Source: Phormidesmis sp. (lineage in GTDB: Bacteria; Cyanobacteriota; Cyanobacteriia; Leptolyngbyales; Leptolyngbyaceae). From it: a stretch of DNA of 64,000 bases. The position numbers and the translations under genes were made by a program. Below are positions 1 through 9,425 of this stretch, piece after piece; position 1 is the first letter of the stretch, and each line of letters begins with the position of its first letter. Under the pieces are notes generated by a model. The model did no database searches. It saw only the letters and a list, made by a program, of their open reading frames with translations, and was not told the DNA's origin. Location: contig CBDFJR010000002.1 of the NCBI GenBank assembly GCA_965248535.1, forward strand, positions 32,001 through 96,000. The letters run 5' to 3'.

Positions 1-9
1 GTCAAAACC

Positions 10-354
10 GTGAGCGCGATCGCTCCCCTGCTGCCGTCAGAGATAGCGATGAATCTGGGAGAAGCTTCTCAGATTGCAGACGAATCGCTTGATCAGTTGG
101 CAGAAATTGATATTGACGACATCACTGATGAAGATCTCAGACCCGCCCGAATTTTGATGGGGCTGACCTTCACTGGGTTTGGCGGGCTGATGATGATGTT
201 TTTGCTGTTTTATCTCTGCACCTTGCATCCTGAACTGTCCCCGACCGCTCAAATCCAAAATTATTGGTATCAATACATCTGGTTTGTCAGTTTGGGGGTG
301 GCAGGGTTGGCGGTGCTAGCACGAGAAGCGATGCGCCCATCCGACGACGATTAG
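10..354 (+). CDS. Hypothetical membrane protein, possibly truncated at the window edge
   Basis: ORF with an acidic N-terminal part and two hydrophobic segments. Its stop overlaps the stop of the convergent moxR gene. Confidence 0.6.
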   Translation: MSAIAPLLPSEIAMNLGEASQIADESLDQLAEIDIDDITDEDLRPARILMGLTFTGFGGLMMMFLLFYLCTLHPELSPTAQIQNYWYQYIWFVSLGVAGLAVLAREAMRPSDDD

Positions 355-1259
355 GGAATCGCCACCGATCGTAAGAGGCGATCGACAATGCCTCTAGCTC
401 TCCGTCCCCCAGCCGGAATCAATCGATGAGCCAACACACAGGGCGCAAGCTCTTTGACATCATCCGGTAGAGCGTAGTCTCTGCCATCTAAAAACGCTAA
501 GGCTTGTGCGCCTTTTTGTAAGGCCACAGTGCCTCTAGGACTGACTCCTAGCGTCACTTCTTCGTCTTCTCGCGTCGCCCGCACCAAGTTTAGAATGTAT
601 TGCTGGATTGAAGGCTCAACTTTGACCAGACTAGAGAGACGTTGAAGCTCTTGCACCTCTGCCAAAGATATACAGGGCTTGAGTTCTTGCACCGTGTGAC
701 CGTTTTGAAGGCGCTGCAACATCTGCAACTCTTCGCGCTCAGTCGGATAGCCGAGCGACAGAGACAGGGCAAACCGATCCATCTGAGCCTCTGGCAGCGG
801 AAAAGTGCCCTGATATTCGATCGGGTTTTGAGTCGCGATCACAAAAAACGGACTGGGCACCAATCGAGATACGCCATCCACCGTCACCTGTTTTTCTTCC
901 ATCACTTCGAGCAGCGCAGACTGGGTGCGAGGCGTAGCGCGATTGATCTCATCCATCAACAACACGTTGGCAAAGACGGGGCCCGCCATAAACTCAAACT
1001 CGCCCGATCGGGGGTTCCAAATATTGGTGCCCGTGACATCGGTGGGCAGCAGATCAGGTGTGCACTGCACGCGCTGAAATCGACCGTCGATCGATTTGGC
1101 TAAAGACTTTGCCAGCAGTGTTTTTCCGACTCCAGGAACGTCTTCTAAAAGGGCGTGACCTCCTGACAGCAGAGCAACTAAGACGAGGCGAATGGCTTCA
1201 GATTTGCCCACGATCGTTTGGCTGAGATTCTGCGTTAGTTGCTCAATGCGATCTCTCAT
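351..1259 (-). CDS. moxR: MoxR-family AAA+ ATPase
   Basis: Walker A LEDVPGVGKT, RVQCTPDLLPTD, Walker B DEINRATPRTQSALLE and ATQNPIE motifs. Probable start is MRDRIEQL at 1259. Confidence 0.92.
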   Translation of the reverse strand: MRDRIEQLTQNLSQTIVGKSEAIRLVLVALLSGGHALLEDVPGVGKTLLAKSLAKSIDGRFQRVQCTPDLLPTDVTGTNIWNPRSGEFEFMAGPVFANVLLMDEINRATPRTQSALLEVMEEKQVTVDGVSRLVPSPFFVIATQNPIEYQGTFPLPEAQMDRFALSLSLGYPTEREELQMLQRLQNGHTVQELKPCISLAEVQELQRLSSLVKVEPSIQQYILNLVRATREDEEVTLGVSPRGTVALQKGAQALAFLDGRDYALPDDVKELAPCVLAHRLIPAGGRRARGIVDRLLRSVAIP

Positions 1260-1378
1260 GTCTAAGGTTTGCCCCTGAACGCTTTTGCCCATCATACTCA
1301 CGATGTCTGAAGTTAGAGCAACTTTGGAGAACGATCGCCAGAGCTTTCCACAAAACTTTGGATCGTGAATTAAATCAC

Positions 1379-1408
1379 TTCGACCATTGTAGTTTCGACC
1401 ATTGTAGT
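1379..1408. repeat. Perfect 15-bp tandem duplication (TTCGACCATTGTAGT x2)
   Basis: Read directly: 1379-1393 equals 1394-1408. Confidence 0.9.
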
Positions 1409-1512
1409 AAGGTTGTCTCGCCCTATTTTCTAAAGGCGAAGATCTCGGCATTAATCAATCCACATTCGTTTACCCAGTCGTTTAACAAGCTGTGAGTCTC
1501 ACAAAAAATGTA

Positions 1513-1541
1513 TTGACAGGTAAATATGTTTTATCTACACT
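1513..1541 (+). promoter_or_regulatory. Sigma70-type promoter
   Basis: TTGACA (1513-1518), a 17-nt spacer, then TACACT (1536-1541), with A-rich sequence upstream. Confidence 0.7.
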
Positions 1542-1710
1542 AAGCCATTGTGTCTGTCGTGCTTCACAGCATTACGGCGGTTAATGAGTGCTGATATTGG
1601 TCAAGGATTACGCGCTGATCGAGAGCGAGTTGAGAGCGAGACAGTGATGGCATTCATTACGAGTTGAAAGTGTCGGTGTGTCAGCGATGAAGTGACTAAT
1701 GAAGCGTTGA

Positions 1711-2898
1711 GTGAAGTCGTTCATGGATGATTTAACTGATGGATCAACAGATGCTAACTTCTACCGGATCGCTTTGTTTACTTACTCTACAAAGCCCAGA
1801 GGAAGCGTTATTCACACGTTGGAGTTAGCAGAAGCATTGTATGGTTTAGGTCATCATGTTTGCGTTTATGCTTTAGACAAAGACGGACACGGATTTGACT
1901 ATCCGCTGTCTTGCGATTATGTTGCTGTTCCTGCTCACTCTGCGTCTAATGAAGTTAACAAGCTTATTCAGCAGCGAATTCAAGAATTTGTAGATTATCT
2001 GAGTCAGACTTCATTAGATTACGATATCTATCATGCTCAAGACTGCATTGCTGCTAACGCTTTAGTCAGACTTGTTCAGCGACAGCAGATTTCTTCGTTT
2101 GTGCGAACTGTTCATCACATTGAAGATTACACGAGCTATTATCTTCAGCACTGTCAAGATCGATCGATTCGTGATGCAAATCTCTGTCTATGCGTGAGTG
2201 AGAAGTGGCAAGCTGAACTTCAGCAGCGTTATCAGATTCATGCGCCGCGAGTGATGAATGGCGTTAATTTAAAGCGATTTTCGCCTGATCCCAATGGTTC
2301 AGAATCACGGCTCAAAGAGCGATCGGGCTTAACAGGCTTCCCCATCTATCTCACAGTAGGCGGCATTGAGCCGCGAAAGAACTCAATTCGGTTGCTGCAA
2401 GCTTTTGGGCAGATTCTAGACGATTATCCCAAGGCTCAGTTAGTGATTGCAGGAGGGGCAACGCTGTTTGACTATCAGACTTATCGGGATGAGTTTTTTG
2501 AGATCGCTGCTCAGTTAACCATCGAAGTCGGGCGATCGCTGATCTTGCCGGGCGTGATTTCTGACGCAGATTTGCCCGTTTTATACAGAACTGCGGACGT
2601 GTTTGTGTTTCCATCAACCAAAGAAGGGTGGGGGCTGGTGGTGCTCGAAGCGATCGCGTCGGGTCTGCCAGTCATCACCTCCAATCAACGGCCGTTTACT
2701 GAGTTTTTATCTGACGCTCAAGCGCTGTTGGTGTCTCCCTTGCCGGATGCGATCGCGCAAGCCATGCGTTTAATTCTTCAGCCCGATCGGGCCCGATCGC
2801 TAGTGCAGCAGAGTCAGTCTATTTTGTCTCGCTACACTTGGGAAGTCTCTGCTAAACTACACCTAAAACACTATAGGAACCTGATATCCAACCCTTAA
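1711..2898 (+). CDS. MSMEG_0565-family glycosyltransferase (GT4)
   Basis: Family-typical N-terminus RIALFTYSTKPRGSVIHTLELAEAL, HAQDCI, GGIEPRKN and the GT4 motif EGWGLVVLEA. Adjacent to an MSMEG_0570 homologue. Confidence 0.88.
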   Translation: MKSFMDDLTDGSTDANFYRIALFTYSTKPRGSVIHTLELAEALYGLGHHVCVYALDKDGHGFDYPLSCDYVAVPAHSASNEVNKLIQQRIQEFVDYLSQTSLDYDIYHAQDCIAANALVRLVQRQQISSFVRTVHHIEDYTSYYLQHCQDRSIRDANLCLCVSEKWQAELQQRYQIHAPRVMNGVNLKRFSPDPNGSESRLKERSGLTGFPIYLTVGGIEPRKNSIRLLQAFGQILDDYPKAQLVIAGGATLFDYQTYRDEFFEIAAQLTIEVGRSLILPGVISDADLPVLYRTADVFVFPSTKEGWGLVVLEAIASGLPVITSNQRPFTEFLSDAQALLVSPLPDAIAQAMRLILQPDRARSLVQQSQSILSRYTWEVSAKLHLKHYRNLISNP

Positions 2899-2903
2899 TC
2901 CTT

Positions 2904-3191
2904 ATGCCTGAAATTCGGTTTCAAATTCAATGGTCTGACGGGTCTCAAGACGTTTGTTATTCGCCATCTCTGGTGATTAAAGATTATTTTATTCCCAATC
3001 ATGATTATGATCTCGATGATTTTGTCCAGCGATCGCGAGAATCTCTGCAAATCGCTAGCGATCGGGTTCAAGCAAAATATGGTAGACCCTGTGGTTTAGC
3101 ATTGGGACAACTGCAAGACATTGAGGCGAAATCTGCTCAATATCGTCATCTGCCTGATTCTAAAGTGCGCGTGATTCAGTTCATTGAGTGA
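2904..3191 (+). CDS. MSMEG_0570-family small protein (nitrogen-starvation/Nit1C-associated)
   Basis: Signature MPEIRFQIQWSDG...CYSPSLVIKDYF...IASDRVQAKYG.PC. Confidence 0.88.
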   Translation: MPEIRFQIQWSDGSQDVCYSPSLVIKDYFIPNHDYDLDDFVQRSRESLQIASDRVQAKYGRPCGLALGQLQDIEAKSAQYRHLPDSKVRVIQFIE

Positions 3192-4395
3192 GGAGTTTCC
3201 AGCATTCTTGCGCGATCGCCCAATCTTCTTGTGTGTGAATTACCAATATCCGAACCGTTGATTCTCGCATCGCAATGTCTTGATCATTCGGATTACTAGT
3301 ATTTTTTGAGTCATCTAACTTCAAGCCCAAAAATTCAAAGGCCTCACAGGCAGCAGCCCGAACTTCTGGACTATTTTCACCCACGCCAGCCGTGAAAACC
3401 AGCGCATCTAGCCGATTTAAGCTGGGCAACATTGCTCCAATTTGAGCACGCAGCCGATGGATATAAACATCAAAAGCTAGCTGGGCGCGGGAATTATTTT
3501 GCGCGATCGCGGCCCTAATTTGTCGCATATCGGCAGACACGCCAGAGACTCCTTTTAAGCCAGATTCCTGGTTGAGCATCCGATCGAGCGAGTCGGCGCT
3601 AAAATCTTCTTGCCGCAATAAATAAATGAGAATTCCGGGATCGACAGACCCCGATCGGGCACCCATCATCAAGCCTTCGAGCGGCGTGAAGCCCATCGTT
3701 GTATCAACGCTGTGACCCGATCGAATGGCAGCCAACGAGCAGCCATTGCCCAGATGACAGGTGATTAGCTGCAAATCCGATGGGTCACGGTGCAGCAGTT
3801 GAGCCGCCCGATCGCTGCAATAACGATGACTAATGCCGTGAAACCCATAGCGCTGAATGCCTTGCTCAAACCACTCATAGGGAAGCGGATAAACCCGCGT
3901 CTCTAAGGGCAAGTCAGAATGAAAAGCAGTGTCAAAAACGGCAACTTGCGGCACCGATCCAAAAACCTGCTCGATCGCGTTAATGCCCTCTAAATTCGCC
4001 GGGTTGTGAACGGGAGCAAAAATAGCGAGACGAGCGATCGCCGCCTTCACTTCTGCGGTCACTCGGACACTTTCTCGATAATCCTGTCCGCCATGCACGA
4101 CGCGATGCCCCACACCGTCAATGTCTGACGGCTGCTGAATCACGGCAGTCTCACCACTCCACAGTTTATCGAGCATTTGAGCAATCACGTCAGGTCGATC
4201 CTGTCCAGGAATCTCTGCTGTGAGAACGGCTCCCTGCTGAGTTTTAACTTCAATTTCTGCAAAACCCTGGTGATGAGTCCAATCGACTTTGGCCTCCCAA
4301 ATCGGCGACGGGGGCTGATCGGGCAACTCGTCACCCACCTCATAGAGACAGCTTTTTTGGCTACTTGAGCCAGCATTTAGCACTAAAATCTTCAT
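3181..4395 (-). CDS. ackA: Acetate kinase
   Basis: ILVLNAGSSS, GHRVVHGG, YGFHGISH, CHLGNGCS, DTTMGFTPLEG and FTAGVGEN motifs. Confidence 0.96.
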   Translation of the reverse strand: MKILVLNAGSSSQKSCLYEVGDELPDQPPSPIWEAKVDWTHHQGFAEIEVKTQQGAVLTAEIPGQDRPDVIAQMLDKLWSGETAVIQQPSDIDGVGHRVVHGGQDYRESVRVTAEVKAAIARLAIFAPVHNPANLEGINAIEQVFGSVPQVAVFDTAFHSDLPLETRVYPLPYEWFEQGIQRYGFHGISHRYCSDRAAQLLHRDPSDLQLITCHLGNGCSLAAIRSGHSVDTTMGFTPLEGLMMGARSGSVDPGILIYLLRQEDFSADSLDRMLNQESGLKGVSGVSADMRQIRAAIAQNNSRAQLAFDVYIHRLRAQIGAMLPSLNRLDALVFTAGVGENSPEVRAAACEAFEFLGLKLDDSKNTSNPNDQDIAMRESTVRILVIHTQEDWAIAQECWKLLTQ

Positions 4396-5030
4396 GTTCC
4401 CTGCAAGGCTTGCAGCGTTTCGCTCAGATGATTGCGATCGCCCAATCGCTCTAATAATGGGCCATGACGATCGAATTTCACCACACTCACCGACGCAACC
4501 GGGGCCGCGATGCGAGTGCGAAACCGTCCTAGGTCAACGCCGAGCAAGCTACACAAAATAATCCGAATCGTGGCTTTGTGCGACACAACTAAAACGTTTC
4601 CCTCGCTGTAGCGCTGCTGAATTTCAGTAATCACTGAGGATGATCGATTAGCAATCTCAACGGCTGTTTCTCCGCCCGTCGGAGCATTCCACGCGGGTTC
4701 TGCTAACCATTTCACATAGTCTTCTGTATAGGTTGCCTGAACTGTTTCAACCGTTTCGCCTTCCCATTTACCATATTTAATTTCTTTTAATCCATCCCGC
4801 AACTGCATTTCCATTCCCACTGCGTCGCACAAGGGCTTTGCAGTGGCGATCGTGCGTTTCATCGGGCTGACAAAAATGGCCGTCCAAGGAGTAGCTTGAT
4901 AGGCGATGGCAAACGCATCTGCCATCTGTCTGCCTTCATCGGTCAGATCGGGATCGAGAGCACCACAGTAGCTATTTTCACGGCTAAACGGGGTCTGTCC
5001 GTGACGCAGAAAGTAAAGTCTTAGGCTCAT
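4392..5030 (-). CDS. Histidine phosphatase (phosphoglycerate mutase superfamily)
   Basis: LRHGQT (RHG motif), SPMKR, LKEIKYGKWEG and VVSH. Overlaps the ackA start by 4 nt. Confidence 0.9.
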   Translation of the reverse strand: MSLRLYFLRHGQTPFSRENSYCGALDPDLTDEGRQMADAFAIAYQATPWTAIFVSPMKRTIATAKPLCDAVGMEMQLRDGLKEIKYGKWEGETVETVQATYTEDYVKWLAEPAWNAPTGGETAVEIANRSSSVITEIQQRYSEGNVLVVSHKATIRIILCSLLGVDLGRFRTRIAAPVASVSVVKFDRHGPLLERLGDRNHLSETLQALQGT

Positions 5031-5089
5031 CGATGGTGATTAGTGAGTGAAGTGGGTGGTCAAAGCTACTATAACGTTGCTGAATCCGG

Positions 5090-5165
5090 TTGCCCCCACC
5101 CCTCACCTGTGGGAGAGGAGAGCTAGAAACCTTGTGCCTTCCCCTGCGAGAAAGGGCGAGGGCAA
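5090..5165. repeat. Degenerate cyanobacterial small dispersed (REP-like) repeat or hairpin
   Basis: TTGCCC...CCCCTCACCTGTGGGAGAGG...CCTTCCCCTGCGAGAAAGGGCGAGGGCAA with nested imperfect inverted repeats, just downstream of the phosphoketolase gene. Confidence 0.5.
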
Positions 5166-5177
5166 CTCAGCCTTGGG

Positions 5178-7676
5178 CTATGAATGAGCCGAGGCGGTCG
5201 AGTCATCCATTTCGCCTGCCGCGACCGCATCCTTTTCAGAGATCCGTTCTACGGTTGTTTTCGACACTGATTTCTCAGCATGAGAACCACTGTAATATTG
5301 CCATTTCCAATTAACGACTTCTGGCATATCTTCACCGTGCTGGATGATGTAATGCTGATGATCGATCAGTTTATCTCGAATCATTTGTTTTACATAAGCG
5401 GCACGATGTTGTAGTTTAGGGACGCGATCGATGACATCTTGCGCTAAATGAAAGCGATCGAGGTCGTTTAAAACCACCATATCAAAGGGGGTGGTCGTAG
5501 TGCCCTCTTCTTTATAGCCCCGCACATGCAGATTATCGTGATTGGTGCGGCGATAGGTCAAGCGGTGAATCAGATAAGGATAGGCGTGGAACGCGAACAA
5601 GATCGGCTTATCAGTAGTGAAGATCGAGTCAAACTCACGATCGGAAATGCCGTGAGGATGCTCAGTCGGAGGTTGCAGCGTCATTAAATCTACAACGTTG
5701 ACGACACGAATCTTTAGATCGGGGAAGTGCAGCCGCAGAAAATCGACGGCGGCCAGCGTTTCTAAAGTCGGGACATCGCCCGCACAGGCCATGACGACAT
5801 CGGGTTCGCAGTCTTGATCATTGCTCGCCCATGCCCAAATTCCCAGACCCGCAGTGCAGTGCTTGATGGCCGCATCCATGTCGAGCCATTGCAGTTCAGA
5901 TTGTTTTCCAGCCACAATCACGTTCACATAATGACGACTGCGTAAACAGTGATCAGCAACCGAAAGCAGTGTGTTGGCATCGGGGGGCAGATAAATCCGC
6001 ACGATCGTGGCTTTTTTATTCACCACCACATCTAAAAAGCCTGGATCTTGGTGAGTAAACCCGTTGTGATCCTGTCGCCAAACGTGGGAGGTCAGCAAAT
6101 AATTGAGCGACGCGATCGGCTTGCGCCAGGGAATGTGGCGACAGGCTTCGAGCCATTTGGCGTGTTGATTAAACATCGAGTCAACGATGTGAATAAACGC
6201 CTCATAGCATGAGAAAAAGCCGTGGCGACCCGTGAGCAGATAGCCTTCGAGCCAGCCTTGACAGAGATGCTCACTCAACACCTCCATGACGCGACCATCG
6301 CGAGACAGATGATCATCACCGGGCAAAAGCTCGGCAGCCCACACCCGATCGGTGGCTTCTAAGATCGAAGTCAGTCGATTCGAGTTATTCTCATCAGGAC
6401 TCATCACCCGAAAGTTGCGCTGCTCGGCGTTTGAGGTCATCACGTCGCGCAAAAACATCCCCAAGACGCGAGTCGATTCCGCTTCGACCGTGCCGGGATC
6501 TTTGACATCGATCGCATACTCTTTAAAGTCGGGCAATCTCAGATCTTTGAGCAACAGCCCCCCGTTAGCGTGAGGGTTTGCCCCCATGCGGCGATCGCCC
6601 ACCGGAGCCAAATCTGCTAACTCAGGCATCAGCTTGCCTGTGGAGTCAAACAGTTCTTCTGGCTTATAGCTTTTCATCCACGATTCCAGCATTTGCAGGT
6701 GTTCGGGCTTGCTGGCTAGCTCTGATAGCGGCACTTGGTGCGCTCGAAAGGTGTTCTCGATTTGAATGCCGTCTACAACTTTTGGGCCAGTCCAGCCTTT
6801 TGGAGTCCGCATCACGATCATGGGATATTGAGGACGATCGGTGAATCCGTGGGTTCGGATCTCTCGCTGAATGCCCTGAATCTCGGTAACGATCGTCTCC
6901 AGCGTGGCCGCCATCAGTTGGTGCATCGTGGCGGGATCATCGCCTTCGACAAAATAGGGCTTGTAGCCATAGCCTGTGAATAGGTGCTCTAACTCACGAT
7001 CGCTCAGTCGCGCCAAGATAGTGGGGTTGGCAATCTTATAGCCATTCAGATGCAAAATCGGCAACACTGCGCCATCTCGTGCCGGGTTGAGAAATTTATT
7101 AGAGTGCCAACTCGCCGCCAGTGGCCCCGTCTCAGCCTCACCATCGCCCACCACACAGCAGACCAGCAAATCAGGATTGTCAAACACCGCTCCATAAGCG
7201 TGAACCAAGGCATAGCCCAACTCACCCCCCTCGTGAATCGAACCCGGTGTCTCAGGGGCCGCATGACTGGGAATGCCGCCAGGGTAGGAAAACTGCAAGA
7301 ACAGTTTTTGCATCCCTTCTTCGTCTGGCGTGATATTGGAATAAAACTCGCTGTAGGTGCCTTCTAAATAGGTGTTAGCCACCATGCCCGGCCCGCCATG
7401 CCCCGGCCCAGCGACATAAATCGCGTTGAGGTCATAGCGTTTGATCAACCGATTCATGTGAACATAGATGAAATTTAGACCGGGCGTAGTGCCCCAATGA
7501 CCGAGCAATCGTGGCTTGACATGCTCTAGTTTGAGCGGTTCTTTAAGAAGAGGATTATCGCGTAAATAGATTTGCCCAACCGACAGATAATTCGCCGCCC
7601 GCCAGTAAGCATCTATCTTTTGGAGGTCTTCAGAAGACAGAGGCAGTTTGGTTGAAATCGAGTTTGCAACGGTCAT
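5178..7676 (-). CDS. xfp: Xylulose-5-P/fructose-6-P phosphoketolase
   Basis: [27 protein letters not shown] motif [16 protein letters not shown] and [13 protein letters not shown]. Probable start is MTVANS at 7676. Confidence 0.96.
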   Translation of the reverse strand: MTVANSISTKLPLSSEDLQKIDAYWRAANYLSVGQIYLRDNPLLKEPLKLEHVKPRLLGHWGTTPGLNFIYVHMNRLIKRYDLNAIYVAGPGHGGPGMVANTYLEGTYSEFYSNITPDEEGMQKLFLQFSYPGGIPSHAAPETPGSIHEGGELGYALVHAYGAVFDNPDLLVCCVVGDGEAETGPLAASWHSNKFLNPARDGAVLPILHLNGYKIANPTILARLSDRELEHLFTGYGYKPYFVEGDDPATMHQLMAATLETIVTEIQGIQREIRTHGFTDRPQYPMIVMRTPKGWTGPKVVDGIQIENTFRAHQVPLSELASKPEHLQMLESWMKSYKPEELFDSTGKLMPELADLAPVGDRRMGANPHANGGLLLKDLRLPDFKEYAIDVKDPGTVEAESTRVLGMFLRDVMTSNAEQRNFRVMSPDENNSNRLTSILEATDRVWAAELLPGDDHLSRDGRVMEVLSEHLCQGWLEGYLLTGRHGFFSCYEAFIHIVDSMFNQHAKWLEACRHIPWRKPIASLNYLLTSHVWRQDHNGFTHQDPGFLDVVVNKKATIVRIYLPPDANTLLSVADHCLRSRHYVNVIVAGKQSELQWLDMDAAIKHCTAGLGIWAWASNDQDCEPDVVMACAGDVPTLETLAAVDFLRLHFPDLKIRVVNVVDLMTLQPPTEHPHGISDREFDSIFTTDKPILFAFHAYPYLIHRLTYRRTNHDNLHVRGYKEEGTTTTPFDMVVLNDLDRFHLAQDVIDRVPKLQHRAAYVKQMIRDKLIDHQHYIIQHGEDMPEVVNWKWQYYSGSHAEKSVSKTTVERISEKDAVAAGEMDDSTASAHS

Positions 7677-7765
7677 AGTGAATATCGCCGATGACGTTTC
7701 GGCCCAAGTTTGACCGATTAGGGCAAACTCTGAATCTGTCAAGAGTCGTAGGAATCACCTTTGAC

Positions 7766-8686
7766 CTAACGCCCTAGCCATTCAGTCACCAGTTCGGGCT
7801 GGTTTTTAACAGCAAAGACTCGGACAGCGTGATAATTCACCTTTTCTCTGAGTCGATAAACTTGCTTGATTGGCATATCGAGATCTTGGGCGATCGCTTC
7901 TTGCGATCGCCCCTGCAAATAGAGTTTTAGCCACTCAGCCGCTAGGGGATCAACGCGCTCGGCTAAATAAGAGGCAAACTCTTGAGCAATGTTTTGCCGC
8001 AGTTCTTGCTGTTGTTCTTGAGCTTGGGCTTCTTGATAGTGAGCGATCGCTTGCCCATCAAGCAAGCTGACTGACCCTTCAGAGTCATCGGGCGCGATCT
8101 CTTCAGACACTAGGCGAATGAAATCGGCCGCCGGAACCTGAGTCATGCCCCCGCGCTGAGAGCGGCGCAGATAGTTGACAAAGCGGTAGACCAACAGGGG
8201 CTGATTGCGAATCGGGCGGAGGCAATATTCTTCAGTGGTGGTTAAAACAAGCGCGTTGCGAAGTCGGGGATCGCTGGTGCATTGGGCAATCCAGGCGATT
8301 TGCTGCTGCATGTAGTGATCATTTTGCAGCAATTCTTGAATCACTTCTTGCAGCACATCGACCACCGATCGCTGACGATCGCGAGAGAGGGCAATCCAAG
8401 TGCGAATTTTATTGCGAATCAAAAACAGGCTGCTCAATCGCTGAATCAGCCCTTTATAGGCGCGTTCGGGCCCTGCGTCTAGATAGCGCTGGCAAAGAAT
8501 GCGATAGCGATAATCCATCGCTTGTTTAGCGATCGCTAGCTGGGAGGGAGGCAAGTCGTCAAACCGAGATGGGTCTTCTCCGACCAGCCATTGAATAATG
8601 GTTTCGTGAGTTGATCGGCTGCTCTGGGGCAGATCACTCTGTAACTGTAACCGCCATCTGTCAGCAATTTCTTCTGCAAGTGTCAT
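7766..8686 (-). CDS. HetZ-related protein 2 (sigma-factor-like C-terminal HTH)
   Basis: AMDYRYRIL.QRYL, IRNKIRTWIALSRDRQRSVVDVLQEVIQE and EEYCLRPIRNQPLLVYRF. C-terminal HTH LYLQGRSQEAIAQDLDMPIKQVYRLREK. Confidence 0.75.
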   Translation of the reverse strand: MTLAEEIADRWRLQLQSDLPQSSRSTHETIIQWLVGEDPSRFDDLPPSQLAIAKQAMDYRYRILCQRYLDAGPERAYKGLIQRLSSLFLIRNKIRTWIALSRDRQRSVVDVLQEVIQELLQNDHYMQQQIAWIAQCTSDPRLRNALVLTTTEEYCLRPIRNQPLLVYRFVNYLRRSQRGGMTQVPAADFIRLVSEEIAPDDSEGSVSLLDGQAIAHYQEAQAQEQQQELRQNIAQEFASYLAERVDPLAAEWLKLYLQGRSQEAIAQDLDMPIKQVYRLREKVNYHAVRVFAVKNQPELVTEWLGR

Positions 8687-8746
8687 GGAGTTGCCGTCCT
8701 CAATGCCCTGTTATAGAGTGTCCCTCACAACCCCGATCAAAATCAC

Positions 8747-8762
8747 TTACCCGTTCGGGTAA
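8747..8762. promoter_or_regulatory. Inverted repeat TTACCCG-TT-CGGGTAA (candidate operator or 5'-UTR hairpin)
   Basis: Perfect 7-bp arms about 60 nt upstream of the HetZ-related start. Confidence 0.45.
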
Positions 8763-8851
8763 TACTCAAACGCTGTCTTGACTCATTTTCTGTTCAGGAC
8801 TATCAGGTTTGACTCTAAAGTATAAAACCTTGTCTGCAAATTGTTATCAAC

Positions 8852-9145
8852 TCAATAGAATTCATCCAGTTTTGACCCCGGAGATTCATCACTCTTTTGC
8901 AAAGACGCACTCATCTGCTGCAACGTTTGGGTCAACTCAGACAGCCGAGTCACGGTGTCAGCTTGATGAGCGGTCAGCCTTTGCATGGCATCGCTCAAGG
9001 CAAAAATTTCATAGCCCTGCTGCTGAACTTGAGACGACAACTCATCTAAGCGATCGGCGAGTTGCTCGATCGCGTCAGTCGCCGCCAGCACGGTTTCTGC
9101 AATCTGCCCGACGGCAGCCTCTAACCGATCGTGAGATGCAGTCAC
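8852..9145 (-). CDS. Hypothetical coiled-coil protein
   Basis: 97-aa ORF with a heptad L/I/Q/E pattern and a GTG start. Co-oriented with the downstream HetZ-related gene. Confidence 0.7.
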   Translation of the reverse strand: MTASHDRLEAAVGQIAETVLAATDAIEQLADRLDELSSQVQQQGYEIFALSDAMQRLTAHQADTVTRLSELTQTLQQMSASLQKSDESPGSKLDEFY

Positions 9146-9164
9146 ACACCCAATCCTTTTTTCA

Positions 9165-9199
9165 AAATTCTTTCAAATACAGAAATTCTTTCAAATAAC
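9165..9199. repeat. Direct repeat AAATTCTTTCAAATACA x2 (18-bp period)
   Basis: 9165-9181 equals 9183-9199. Confidence 0.85.
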
Positions 9200-9425
9200 A
9201 ACTAATGGGCCGACGCAGCTTAATGAGAGGCTCTTTATCGGATCTTCACAAAAAGTTTAATTGATTAGAGCAATAAAAAGATTTGAGAAAGTGGCTTGCT
9301 TGGCGCTGTTGCTCACCGGGGCGTTGACTATATTCTGAAACACATCTGAAGCAGCAGGCATTTTCAGTGTTTTCACGATTCCCCTAGCTGAAATCAGCCT
9401 GACGACCTTTGCTGAAGTTTAACTA

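Noticed and set aside
642..1103. Antisense and shadow ORFs (for example 642-1103, 12193-12579, 19322-19711, 38621-39016, 40414-40884)
   Set aside because: They lie wholly within well-supported genes and show no recognisable motifs.
1260..1451. N-terminal extension of the moxR ORF
   Set aside because: It runs through intergenic, repeat-containing sequence. MoxR similarity begins at MRDRIEQL.
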